From the NCBI RefSeq assembly GCF_000143415.4, contig NW_003314300.1:1409014-1473013 (forward strand): 64,000 nucleotides of DNA, given 5' to 3'. This DNA is from Selaginella moellendorffii. Lineage: Eukaryota; Plantae; Lycopodiophyta. The notes beneath the pieces are model-generated. The model ran no database searches and was not told the origin of the DNA. It saw only the letters and a program-made list of their open reading frames with translations. Positions 1-10,745 of this stretch are shown one piece after another. A program made the position numbers and the translations under genes. How positions within the stretch are numbered: the first letter of the stretch is position 1; each line of letters opens with the position of its first letter.

Positions 1-1598
1 CATCAATAGCATCACCCCATGCAGCAGCATAAGGAGATTTCTTAGCTTGTGCAAGCGTAACAGGAATCTTCACCTCTGCTGCTGTGAATATAGCCATTTG
101 ACTCTGATGTAAGAAGCTCTAGCAGCTGCTCGTGCTCGCTTCTCAGCTTGCTCTCACTGATAAGCTCCACCCTTCGCTGTATAGGTTAAAGGGCGACCAG
201 AGCAGCTCAAAACCTGGATAAGATCAGGATCTCGGTGATGCACGGGTTCAGGAACCATATCCTCAGGTTCAGGTATATTGTGCTCGGGCTCAGGATCAGG
301 AACCACCTCAGGAACGTGATCAGGCTCTGGAGCTCGTGTCACAGCAGAGGTTGAAGCCCCCCCTGCAGCTGGAGCATAAGCACAGCCAAGTCGAGGTAGA
401 GGATCATCCTCCTCATCTTCCCATGGATGAAAGAAAACAGGCTGTGAGCTCGCCCTTACTTTCTCCACAAAGAAAACCTGTAGAACTCCTGGATCCTTGT
501 GACGTTGAAAATACACATAAGATTCATCAAAGATGACATCTCAACTCACAAACTCTTTTCCCGAGTCTAGATGAAGGAGTCGGTATCCTCGCTGCTCATC
601 ACTATAGCCCATAAATACACACTTCTTGGATTTAACATCCAATGTCCTGCGTAGTTCATTAGGAACATGAGAAAAAGCTAAACAGCCAAACTGCCATAAG
701 ATATCCATGTGTGGACGTTGCCCAGTCCAAGCCTCTGGTATCTGAACCTGATATCAAAGCAATAGGTTATATTTTTTTTTGGCACGAGCAGTGCCATAGA
801 TGCTAAGACAGGATGGCGTTGTCTTCTTCCTCCAGAGACATGGAGCAGTTCGATGAGACAAATTTCCTTGCCTGGAAAGAATGTGCACAGTTCTGGTTTA
901 TGAGGTGGGGATTTTGGTTTGTGGTATCTGGATTGAGAAAATGCCCATCCAAGGATGATGATGACACAAATCCATACAACGAGTTAATGCACATGCTCGT
1001 GTGGCTGCTGCTATAGACTGTATAGCTCACTGTAACAAAGAATCACGTCCACCATCTTCTTGAAAGTCCACTCCCATAATTTCACAAATTGACTTCCAAT
1101 TCTCAGCAGAACTCTTCTCCACATTCATGTGGACACTGTAGAGAGGGCCAAGTCCTCCTCCTAATGCTCCATTTGCCCTAGCATCCAGGTCTTTCCACTT
1201 GTTGTATGGATCTGTATCATCATTGTCCTTAGACGGGCATTTTCTCAATCTAGATACCATAGGTTAGAATCCCCACCTCATAAACCAGAACTATGCACAT
1301 TCTTTCCAGGCAAGATGATTCATCCTATCGAACTGCTTGGAGGAAAAAAATGATGCCATCCTGTCCTAGCATCTATGGCACTGCTTGTGCCAAAAAAAAA
1401 AAAAAATCTAACCTATTGCTTTGATACCATGATGAGAGAAGCCAAGCCTCATGGCCTAGCACTCTATAGAGAATGAGAACACTCCCCGAACAATCCCCTA
1501 GGATGGATTTCACACAGGATGGGAAAGAAAACTAAGAAAGCCCTAAACTGAAGGAATGCAACTCAAGCCAGGTGGCTGTACGCCACGTGGCTCTAACA
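1..1598 (-). mobile_element. Degenerate, rearranged Ty1/Copia LTR retrotransposon (5' LTR, PBS, gag start, integrase end/RT start; runs off the left edge)
   Basis: On the minus strand: LTR TGTTAGAG...CATCA at 1598-1430, directly followed by a tRNA-Met-type PBS TGGTATCAAAGC (1429-1418). A gag N-terminus follows (ORF 1027-1260). Pol remnants read AFSHVP..LDVKSKKCVFMGY..DVIFDES and IPVTLAQAKKSPYAAAWGDAID. Confidence 0.8.
749..1429. repeat. Inverted repeat (~230 bp arms, 749-983 and 1198-1429) of the Copia PBS/gag start
   Basis: 749-983 aligns to the reverse complement of 1198-1429. Both encode VS.LRKCPSKD.DDT.PYN (ORFs 813+ and 1027-). Confidence 0.9.
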
Positions 1599-1764
1599 CA
1601 GAAGCTGGAACAAATGAAAAACCCCTAATGGGAATGAAACTTATAAGAATGTAAGCTTTCAGAACAAAGAAGTAAAATCTCCATCACTTGCATCACTTGC
1701 GATAAGTTTTATCTTGCCCAGCTTCTTTCTTCTCCTGCCTGCTTACGTGTTCCTTGATGTCCTC

Positions 1765-2250
1765 TCAGATTTGATCGCAGTTGTCACAGAACCAGGGGCA
1801 GGAGCTCTCCCTGGGAGCTTACTCCAACACACTCGCAATGAAACCTTACGATGTCACAATCCCTGTAGCAGCACGTGATTACCTTGCCTCGAGCACTCTC
1901 CCGTTTCTTGCAAGTACAGATGGTGCAATACAGAGCCGCATCCACAAGTGGAGACTCGATGTCTGCACGGTTTGCAGCCAGCTGCTAGTCGAGCTTACAC
2001 AAGACGTGTTGTTGAAGGTCAAACTGGTCGAATGTAAAGCTCGAGCCCTCCGGCAAGTCCATAGAGAAGTAATGAGCTGGGAACGTGTAGACGAAGCCCT
2101 GGGAACTTCGAGAAGAGTCAGTTCCAAATTGGATCTCACGCTCCAAGTCAAAATCCACAGACCTCCATCTGAACAGTATCTCCCGCTTTTTGTTGACTAC
2201 CACGAGAAGCAAGTCTTTGAAGACCTTAGACTCACTATATGATGGCCCGA
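1765..2250 (-). pseudogene. 5'-truncated Uma2-like nuclease C-terminus fused to a PHD finger (one stop, one frameshift)
   Basis: EIQFG..FVYTFP..F...F.FD.F.LQQHVL aligns to the C-terminus of ORF 2503-3243. In frame past TAG (1985-1987) it reads QLAANRADIESPLVDAALYCTICTCKKRESARGKVITCCYRDCDIVRFHCECVGV..., then a 1-nt shift in the run at 1795-1798 gives WFCDNC. Confidence 0.75.
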
Positions 2251-2256
2251 GGTTGT

Positions 2257-2280
2257 TTAGGGTTTAGGGTTTAGGGTTTA
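2257..2280. repeat. Short plant telomere-motif array (TTTAGGG)x3 / telo-box
   Basis: Direct sequence ttagggtttagggtttagggttta. A similar (CCCTAAA)x3 lies at 5600-5620. Confidence 0.85.
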
Positions 2281-2502
2281 AACCTTAAACCCCCCCCAAA
2301 GATTTCCTGTGGCCGGGATCAATCCAAAGAGCGTTACATGCCTGAATATGCATCGAAGAATTTCCCACTTCTAAGAGTCGACGAATTCTCCTTCATGACA
2401 GCTAATTTGGCACTGACATTGTAACAATGATATGAATTCTCCCCTCTGGAATGTGCCATTCCCCTTGATTCGAACTTTAGGGCAAGCGATTTGTAGCGTT
2501 TC

Positions 2503-3243
2503 ATGGACGCTTTATCGAAGCAAGCGATTGCCGCCTACAGCAGAGGGCAGCGGGGGCCATTTCTCGTGGCCACAAATGTCCCATGGGTGGTGTACGACGC
2601 CTGGATGTGTAGCTGCGACTCGACTTGGAGGCTAGAGTACAGGAGGGGTGAGGTTTTGGCCTATGGGGATCCGTCAATAGTCCACAGCACCGTGTCATCT
2701 GCGCTAGAGCGCTCCATCATCTTTCACATCCTCCAGATTCCGGGCATTGGGCTAGCCTCTCTTCCACAAATGATCACTGGCGCTGGAGCGTCTCGCCTGC
2801 GGACCATCTCTGGCGACAAGGAGCCGGACGCTTGCTTCTTCTCTGGGTCGTCGCTTGCGCAGCCAGCGCGGGCGGTGTTGGAGGTGGCGTACAAGAACGA
2901 GCCACTGGAAGTTTTAAGGGAGGTTTTGGATCTGTGGGTGGAGTCGGGCTGCTTGGTGGCGATCGGGGTGAAGATTGCGCGGCCTGGTGACGACTTTACG
3001 TTTGTAGCCAGGGAGAGAGGCAACGATGGGATGGAGATCCAGTTTGGGCCCGAGTTTTGCAATGAGCAGAATCGAGAGCGCTTTGTGGTGAAGTTTCCAG
3101 TGTCGTCTTTCACTGCTGATGTGAAGGGTGACTACTACGTTGAGTTTGATCTGTTTTGGTTGCAGCAGTATATATTTCGTATGATCGAGCAAGAGCGTCA
3201 AGCTTTTGAGCAGAGCGTGGAGAGTCTCTGCTGTAAATCCTAG
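2503..3243 (+). CDS. Uma2-like PD-(D/E)xK restriction-endonuclease-fold protein, intronless, 246 aa
   Basis: Intact ORF with Uma2-type motif order: DPS..H...S, G.SR.RT..GDKEPDACF, AVLEVAYKNE.L..L. Two paralogous remnants flank it. Confidence 0.75.
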   Translation: MDALSKQAIAAYSRGQRGPFLVATNVPWVVYDAWMCSCDSTWRLEYRRGEVLAYGDPSIVHSTVSSALERSIIFHILQIPGIGLASLPQMITGAGASRLRTISGDKEPDACFFSGSSLAQPARAVLEVAYKNEPLEVLREVLDLWVESGCLVAIGVKIARPGDDFTFVARERGNDGMEIQFGPEFCNEQNRERFVVKFPVSSFTADVKGDYYVEFDLFWLQQYIFRMIEQERQAFEQSVESLCCKS

Positions 3244-4463
3244 AAAAAAGTAAGATCGAGCAAAAATATCTTAGCAATATGAATTTCATGGTGTCGCTGC
3301 TGCAAGAGAGGAAAGAGGATATGTTGCTCTGGCACGACAGAGATTTGTGGCATGGAGAAGAACTAGGAATTGTCGAGGGAGCAAAACCCAACTGAGCTTT
3401 GTGTCTACGTTCCAAACAAAAAGAACGACTGCCACCGGTGGGTCCTGGGCTGGATCACCTCGCCTCCAGCACAAGGTTGGCTCGCGGCTGCAGAGTAGTA
3501 CTCTTAGATAATGGTAAGCTCCTGCTTTTGCTTTTCCCAGTTAGATCGTGTTTTCTCCGTTGTTTGGTACGACCAAGTTCACACGGCAGTCCACTTGCTC
3601 CATGTTCTCTCCAAGGTCGTCCATAAATCTGCTTCTGGAACCCGCCCTCCTCTGAGATCGTCTCCGCAGCAAATGCCCGCCTGCGGCATTCACAGTCCAC
3701 CGAGGGGTCGCACCCAAAGCCACAATCCCTACTATCCTCCATTTGCAACGAGGTTGACTAATGCTTGCGTTTGCGTCAGGTCCTTTTACAACAAGTGACA
3801 ATCTTTCGTTTGAGCCTTTGATGGAGTTACTATCCTACGCGAGGAATAAAAGACCAAACGTTCTATTGCTGGTTATATAGATGGATATTCATGTGTTCTA
3901 CTCTCTCTTTTGCTAGATGGGACCATTTGTTGATGCCGAGCATCCACACGTCAAGCAGGGAATCACTGATAGAGTTGGTAGAGTATTTCACTCCTTGATG
4001 CTCGATTTCCAGCCGGGAAGGGGATTGATACGCACCTAAACAGAAAAAAAAAAATCACTAAAAATTGGGAAACAAGGATGATCCTAACACTCTCCTGGCC
4101 CTGGAAAAGAGGCACCATCCCCATCTGATGCTCGCCTGGGAAAGACCAAAGATTAAGAAAGAGCAAAGGCACAGTCCAGACCTGCTTGCGCGACTCCATG
4201 TCGGAGAGATCGATCGAGATGACACACGGCTGACCAAATGCTCCCGCAAAGAGGCTCTGCATTGCTGCTGCCCTCTCGTGCCCTTGCTCTTTCGCGCTCT
4301 AGCTCACAGAAATAGAGAATATTCGAAGCATCTAGGGCTAATGTGCTTTATCATGTACGTCCATGCCAGATCACAACATTAAGGTTTGTCTTTCTAGGAA
4401 GAAGTACAGAGTTTCACTCTTTGATCATATCTAGTCTCCACCACCTCTGCATGGCACGAATTT

Positions 4464-5600
4464 TCAGTGTATTTTGAGTCCTTGCCTTGTTTTGTACCAC
4501 TTCCACATTATCTGTTGACAGTAGAAGATGATGTCATCAAGTGGTTCATGGTCCGCAAACCCAGCACAATCCAAATAGTACCATCCAACCTTACACTGCA
4601 AAAACCAAAGAATTAGTTCTAGTGATTATAATGAAAATTTACCTTGGCATTGTCACAGAGAATCATTTTTCTCCCATAGTCTCAACAAAGCCTGTCATTG
4701 ATCTCAGGGTTCATTGGCAATCTGTCAACAACAATCCTGTTCCCCTGGTACTCTTTGAAGAGCACAGTCATAATGTGCTTTTGGAGTTCGTGGAGATCAC
4801 ACTCCACGAGAAAGTCATGCTTCGGCTCAACATTTGCAAACAACCAGCTCAATGGGAACTTCAAATGGAATTTGTCCTTATTATCCTCAGAGCACACCTT
4901 CGGACTAAAATCAATGTCTTTGCGCTTTTTACTAACTTCTTTCTAGAAGCAGTTGAACTTGACATGTAGAGCATATGAGGTTTTCTTTGACTCAGTATAT
5001 TCCCATCTTTTGACCTCTGCTTTGAGTGTTTTCACATCTTCATTTTTGTATGCAACCTCGATGGCACACTTTGGGTACTTTGTATAATCAATACTTAAAA
5101 AGGAAGCATTTGATTCTTTGCAAGATCCATTTGCTAACTTGAAAGTGGTGCTACCCGTAACAAATACCAATTCACGAAACCTTGGCACATCCTTTGCTGG
5201 AAAGTGAGTCGCAAAGAAGTTAGCCATTTGTTCTGCCACTTCTAGAACAAACCATGACGCTGTCACCTCATGCAAACTGGAAGGGTCACCAAAGAGATAA
5301 ACTGTCCCAAACTCTCCTCCCTCGAGCTCATAAAAGAATCCCAATCTCCAACAAGTTTCCATTGAAAGAGACTAGATTTCCCAAGAGCTGTAAGACACAA
5401 TCTCTGCAATGACAAAGGGCCCATGGCCAACCCCTGACACACTTACTTCTAGGTACCTTGCAACTGTGTGCTTGAATCCTTCATTTAGTCGCTTCAATTC
5501 CTGTTTCGCCTCCACTTTCTTATTGTCTTCAAGCTTGAAGCTGCTGAGAAGCTGGACAATCTGCTTTTCTTCTACCTCTAAGCTTTTCCTCTTTTCTAGC
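4464..5600 (-). pseudogene. Decayed coiled-coil + Uma2-like nuclease + PHD finger gene
   Basis: One frame through stops at ~5373, 4943 and 4682: GHGPFVIAEIVSYSSW..TCWRL..FGDPSSLH..KESNASF..AIEVAYKNE..DLHELQKHI..LC*DYGRKMILCDNAK. After a GT-AG intron (4642-4596) it continues CKVGWYYLDCAGF..IFYC. Confidence 0.75.
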
Positions 5601-5817
5601 CCTAAACCCTAAACCCTAAACACACGCCATTTCCCACTGTGCAATAACTCTTCAAACCCTAATGTGCATGTGTCACTGCTGATATACGTGTACGAATTAA
5701 TATTGAGAATATCAACGCCATTCCGTCAACGGAGAAGATTGGGAAAAGTAAACAGGATGGTGATGAACGACACAGGTGATGATGAGTAGCAATCGGTTGC
5801 AATACGTCGACTGTGCC

Positions 5818-6279
5818 TCAAAGACGATTTCTTTGGCGGAGCTCGGAGAAGAGCGAAGCTATGTTGGTTATATCGGCTGGCGAGTGAGGGAATTCCAAGT
5901 CCACGTCCATGCCATCAAACCTGGAAAGTGATCACACAAAGTTAGATCTATTGTTCCAAGAACTCCGGAAGATAGTGTTAACTTACCCATAACTTCGTGC
6001 CAAGGCAATGCTACTCCGCACAAATTCGCCCCTGCGGGAACTGTTGCTCGCCCTCTGCGAGAAGAACGTCGTGTTGGACCCGGTGCCACCTATCGAGAGG
6101 AGGGTCTTGATGAGCGGATTCTTGCTCTTGACCAGGCCCGTACACTGTCGCGCAATATCGATGTTCTCCACCGGGATTTCCACCCGGAAAGTTGTGCTGT
6201 TGACACTCGCGAACGCGAAGCAGAGGTGCGTGTACACGTCTGTGCTGAGATCCGATGCTCTTGAAGACTTGAAGTTCTC
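5818..6279 (-). pseudogene. GH18 (class V) chitinase N-terminal fragment
   Basis: YTHLCFAFA..KTLLSIGG..SSIALARSYG, intron 5986-5921, then FDGMDVDLEFP (DxxDxDxE catalytic motif). Stop at 5818-5820; no signal peptide. Confidence 0.85.
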
Positions 6280-7200
6280 ACCACGGACAGGCGCTCCATC
6301 CATGATTTCGAACTTTGCAAGTGTTTCACTTTTGTTGTAAGCGTTGGCACCTGAGCCGGTCGACTCGCACTTTCTAATCTCGATCTCCATATGCTTTATC
6401 TTGATGCGGACCAGAAGAAAGTAAATCTTCCCGACGATTACATCCTTTAAGTGGAATCTGGCACAGAAAAAGCACTCACGCTCAGTTGACACAAAGCGTG
6501 TTTCCACGTATTCGAAACGCACTTGCTCTTACTGTACTCGAATTCGATATGCAAGCAATCCTCGATGCCGACCTCCATCTACAAAGAGAAAAACCTTTTT
6601 TAAAAAGAAAACTATCGATGTTTTCACCTTGATACTGTTGTTCACGTCGGGGTGCACTAGAAGTTTTCGAACCTGGTAAAAACAAAGCACATAAGAGCGA
6701 TGAATGTTTCTCCACAAGTATCTCATTACCCAGTATTCCACAATCTTAGGTACGTAGCTGCGAGTTATAGTCACCTTAAGAACATATCTGGCAAAACAAT
6801 CCATTACAAAAAAATATCCAAGCCGTGAATGTATACCTGAGCCTCACGTTGACACCATTGTTACGAGTGATATTGCATTTCCACTGACGAAAACTCGAAA
6901 GGATAGATTTTCCTCTCGTGAATCACACCCGGAACATCGAGCTCCCTCACTGTAGAACACGAAACGGAAGTATCAGATGACAATCTAGAGCAAAAAACAA
7001 ACTCACACACCCAAGGAAGTGAAGTCGTAGAAATGCCCTCGGTCCAAGTAAAACTTTGGCAATCCACAAACCAAAATCAGCGAAACAAAAGAAACGCAAA
7101 AACTAACGCACCTATTTGGCCATTCACGGTTTCTCAATGTGTATAGCTAGAGGATTACTGCCAGTTTCTAGGAGCAGGGGCGAGGGTTATACTGATTCCC
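6280..7200 (-). pseudogene. VPS26: VPS26 (retromer subunit) partial pseudogene
   Basis: Exons VRELDVPG..YPFEFSSVEM, NGVNVRLR/YVLKVTI, MEVGIEDCLHIEFEYSKSK and FHLKDVIVGKIYFLLVRIKIK..DGAPVRG. Frameshift/stop at ~6861; the 3' exons are replaced by chitinase sequence. The 5' limit is approximate. Confidence 0.85.
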
Positions 7201-7834
7201 TCCACACGCGACGTGTTTCACGATCGAATTTTTCCTCAGGTACTCTCACCGATGAGTTTCTCAATCTCTTAACTTTTTTTTTTCCTGCTGGCAGCCTCCT
7301 TTTAATAGTTTCATGTTTGAAGATTCATCCCAGCAGGTAGCTAAAAAATCTGTTTTCTCGGACTAAGTGTTGGTCGCATTTCCAGATATCTCTACTGCCG
7401 AATCCAAGTGTGTTTCGCCTGGATGAGGTATCCATTGGATATCAGAAGTTTCCCTTTTCCTCTTTGGAGATCCAAGCCATTATCTCGGACATCCTTGGAC
7501 ACCTTATATCTTTGCAGCTGTGACGAGGTCCTGAATCTTGCGGCTATACTGCTAATGCAGTGAACTGCAAAAGCCTTTGATTGAGCAGCGACAAGAAGAT
7601 TGTCGAGCTCCTGTACGTGAGCATGCTCGGGAGTCTATTATCATGCTTCTTCTGGAGGAATTAAAAACAAATTGAAGTAAGCGTTCTCTGGAAGTAAGCG
7701 TTTAGCAGTAACTCACACCACTGTTCAAGCTTGGAAGAAACAAAAAGCTATGCTTGTTAGTTTAGCTTACCGCTTCTCTCGTCTTACCGGAGAGCAGCTT
7801 TGCTATTTACCACATTGTAGCGTTGGAGTTTTCG

Positions 7835-10070
7835 CTACAGCTCGTCTCTATCAGGGGGTGATGATGTAGAGCTCGTTTTGGTTTTGGTGTGCTGTGTCGT
7901 TGGCATTGCAAAAGGAATGGCTGCGTGTTTCTTCACAAACTGGACCAGGCCTTTTAAGTTTGTCTTTGCGTGAGCGGTGATCTGTGGCAAGGAGTTACAC
8001 CGAGTTTTTGAAAGGGAACTGGACTTACAGGTTGGTTTTTGTGGCCCGCGGGGTAGAACAAAAATGCTGGATAAGTCGTCACCTATCAAGGAGAAAAACA
8101 AAGTTGAGAAACGGGAATAGGCTACACTTTGAAAATATTACCTCTAACTTGGGGTGCTCATTTGAAGATGTGTCAATCTGCGCTATGACAAGGGATGGAA
8201 TGCCTTTGAAAAACGTCCCGAGTTTAGCTACTGTTTTGTTGGCTGTCTCGCACATTCCGCACCATGGGCTAGTTATCTGTGATCGAAAGCATGAGCCTCT
8301 TAGACAAAAGAGTGGACGTAAAAATAAGAAAACATCCAACCTGGAGAAAGACGTCTTTGGAATCATCAAGAACAATCTTCTCGAACGTTTTCCCAACTAC
8401 AATTCGTAGATCTCCCTCGTCCTGCACAAATCCACGACCGTCAAGACAACCAAGACTAAAGTCTTAGTACCTTGGAAGGGATAGGCTCTGATTTATAGTG
8501 TTGTGTAAGATCTCCAGACAACAAATTCTGGCAGAAAGCCTGGACATACAATGCTGTTGGAAATGCAACACTTCGTGAATATACTATTATTACGAACCAG
8601 AATGTTCTGCAGATTGATATCTTCCTCCAGAAGAAATTTTTGGCCATTGTCATAGTTGAAGGCAACGATCTGTTGTACGGCCGTATTAGATACAATGTGA
8701 AATGACAAAACGACATCAAAACTCACAACAGGCTTCTCAGGTTGAACCCCGTACATCGAGAGAAATGGCATTGCAAAGTCCATGTCACTGTTTTCTACCA
8801 CGAGAAAGATCAACTGCGAAAGGATAAGCTAGCTCTCAAGAACTTTTTAACAGACTCAAAGCACAGTACCTTGCCCTTGAATGCCATTGCAGCTTCCTCA
8901 AACAGAGGCAACACAGTTTTCACGTCGATTTCATTTGCAAACAGTAACACCTGCACAGGGATTTGAAAATGACACACAAAGAAAAAAAACAATCAAACCT
9001 GAAGCTTAAGAGGACTGGAGTTTATTCTGGCAGCATTCTTAGACGTCATCCTTACAACGACAGGGAACTTGTTGAGCTCGACAAAATCCAGGAGATTTTG
9101 TGCACTAAAAGTCCCATCTGAAACAAGCATTTGTCTCGATTGAGAATGAAGATTGAGAATTGGTCTTACCGAAAGGAACATAAAACTCGGGCTCATTCTT
9201 CTGTATCCACACCATCGGTGGTTTACGAATACTCGAATGAAAAGTCTGCGCCACATTGAGGCTGTTTGTTTGGATAAACGGTGTGCCAACTTCCTGCTTT
9301 GCAGCTTCGATAAAGCTCTTGTAGTCATCTCCCTGGACAAAACTTGATAAATCCAGCAAACTACGTAAGCAGGAGGACAAAGCTCACCTCAAATTTGTCG
9401 AAAAATCCGGCCACAATGACAGAACTATTCGCGAGAAAATTTTCCGCGTCTTTCGTTGAGACCACTGTAGAGGCTGGCGAGCCAGTTTTCTTTCTCACCC
9501 AGTCGATAATCTCCTCCCTGGTCAGAAAAATCTCTTTTTAGTTTAGAGCATGAAAGAGGAAGAACCAAAAGAACGAGAAAGAGGAAAATTTACCGACTTA
9601 GAGTCACCTCCCGTGTATGCTTGCTGGACAGATCCATTGACTAAGAAGAGCACTGTCGGGAATCCCTTGATATTATAGAGCTTGGCGGTCTTTGGATTCG
9701 CAATGGCATCGATCTTGGCAAAGAGAATGCCGCCATTGCCATCGCCATAGCCAGCAAGATCCAATGCTGCTGCTGCGAATTCCGGCAGCAGCGCCGCGCT
9801 CCTGCTACACCAGCTCGCGTACCCTAGAAGAAGAACATACTCCCGCGACGAAATCACGCGCGGCGCGCTCTCATCTGTGAGATCGGCCACGAAATTCATA
9901 GACACATCGCTCCTGGGGCCTTCCACTGTGTCGAGATCCTCGTCTTCCAGATCCAAATCCTCTTCCTCTAGAGCATCGCGATCGACGCTCTCCAAGCCGT
10001 GAATCCCAAGCGGCAATAGGAGTAGCAACAGCAGCACAGAGAGAAGCCATAGCGCCCGGAGAAGCTGCAT
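7835..10070 (-). CDS. Protein disulfide isomerase-like (PDIL1-5/1-6 type), multi-exon
   Basis: Signal peptide, acidic tract, a-domain WCSRS, b/b' exons, a'-domain WCGMC, C-terminal RDEL ER-retention signal; GT-AG introns. Confidence 0.92.
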
Positions 10071-10281
10071 TGCCCTGGATCGACCAAATGAAAAACCTCC
10101 AACGATACTACTAGAATATACGCTATTTTTTTAAATTTTATTCACGAACCAAGGGACTATTCCAAGAATATTCCATGGCATGTTAGCGTTCCTGCACACA
10201 AAAATCCTCGGAAAATCAGCCAGAAAATTAAGACTGTTAATATCAATGTAAACAGTATATTATCAAATCAAATCTCAGAGA

Positions 10282-10745
10282 ATGTTATATGTATTTGCTC
10301 TTCTGGTGTTCATTTTAGTTTTGGCAATTCAACAAGCAAATGCAGTAAGTATAATTATAAGAAATTTGCTTTTGTATTTAACTTTGGGTTTGTGTGTCTT
10401 GTGTGGAAGGCTTGTGGTGGATTAGGGATGTGCTCAAACTTAATGATGAGCACGTATTATGATGATAACTTGATAGCAACCTGCGGGGCCAAATCTGTTT
10501 CTGCTGTTATCAGCACTTGCATTGCCAACATGAATGGAACTTTGGTGGTTGCTCCCTTCGGTAGATATCGTGCTTCTTGCACAGGGCCTGTGTATCTCAC
10601 AGGAACTAAAATACAAGTTGGTCAATGCAAGAAAATAAATGGAGAAAAAGTCACTAGTACTTCCCTCGATTTAGCCCAAATAATGAGCTATAACATATAT
10701 TATGGTTTATATTTTTGTAACTGCAAGCTAGAAATACCTGGGTAG
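10282..10745 (+). CDS. Secreted cyanovirin-N homology (CVNH) lectin-like protein, 2 exons
   Basis: Exon 1 is the signal peptide MLYVFALLVFILVLAIQQANA, followed by a GTAAGT intron. Exon 2 has LIATC..CIANMNGTL..GRYRASC..GQCKKINGEKVTSTSLDL, matching the CVNH two-repeat pattern. Confidence 0.7.

Noticed and set aside
3286-4382. Short ORFs between Uma2 copies 2 and 3
   Set aside because: Coding-like composition but no recognisable motif or consistent exon chain; left unassigned.
2257-5620. Telomeric repeats at the 5' ends of two Uma2 copies as evidence of telomere-targeted mobility
   Set aside because: Only three units each, in opposite orientation relative to the genes; telo-boxes also precede ordinary genes here (36122, 38368, 42433, 47795).
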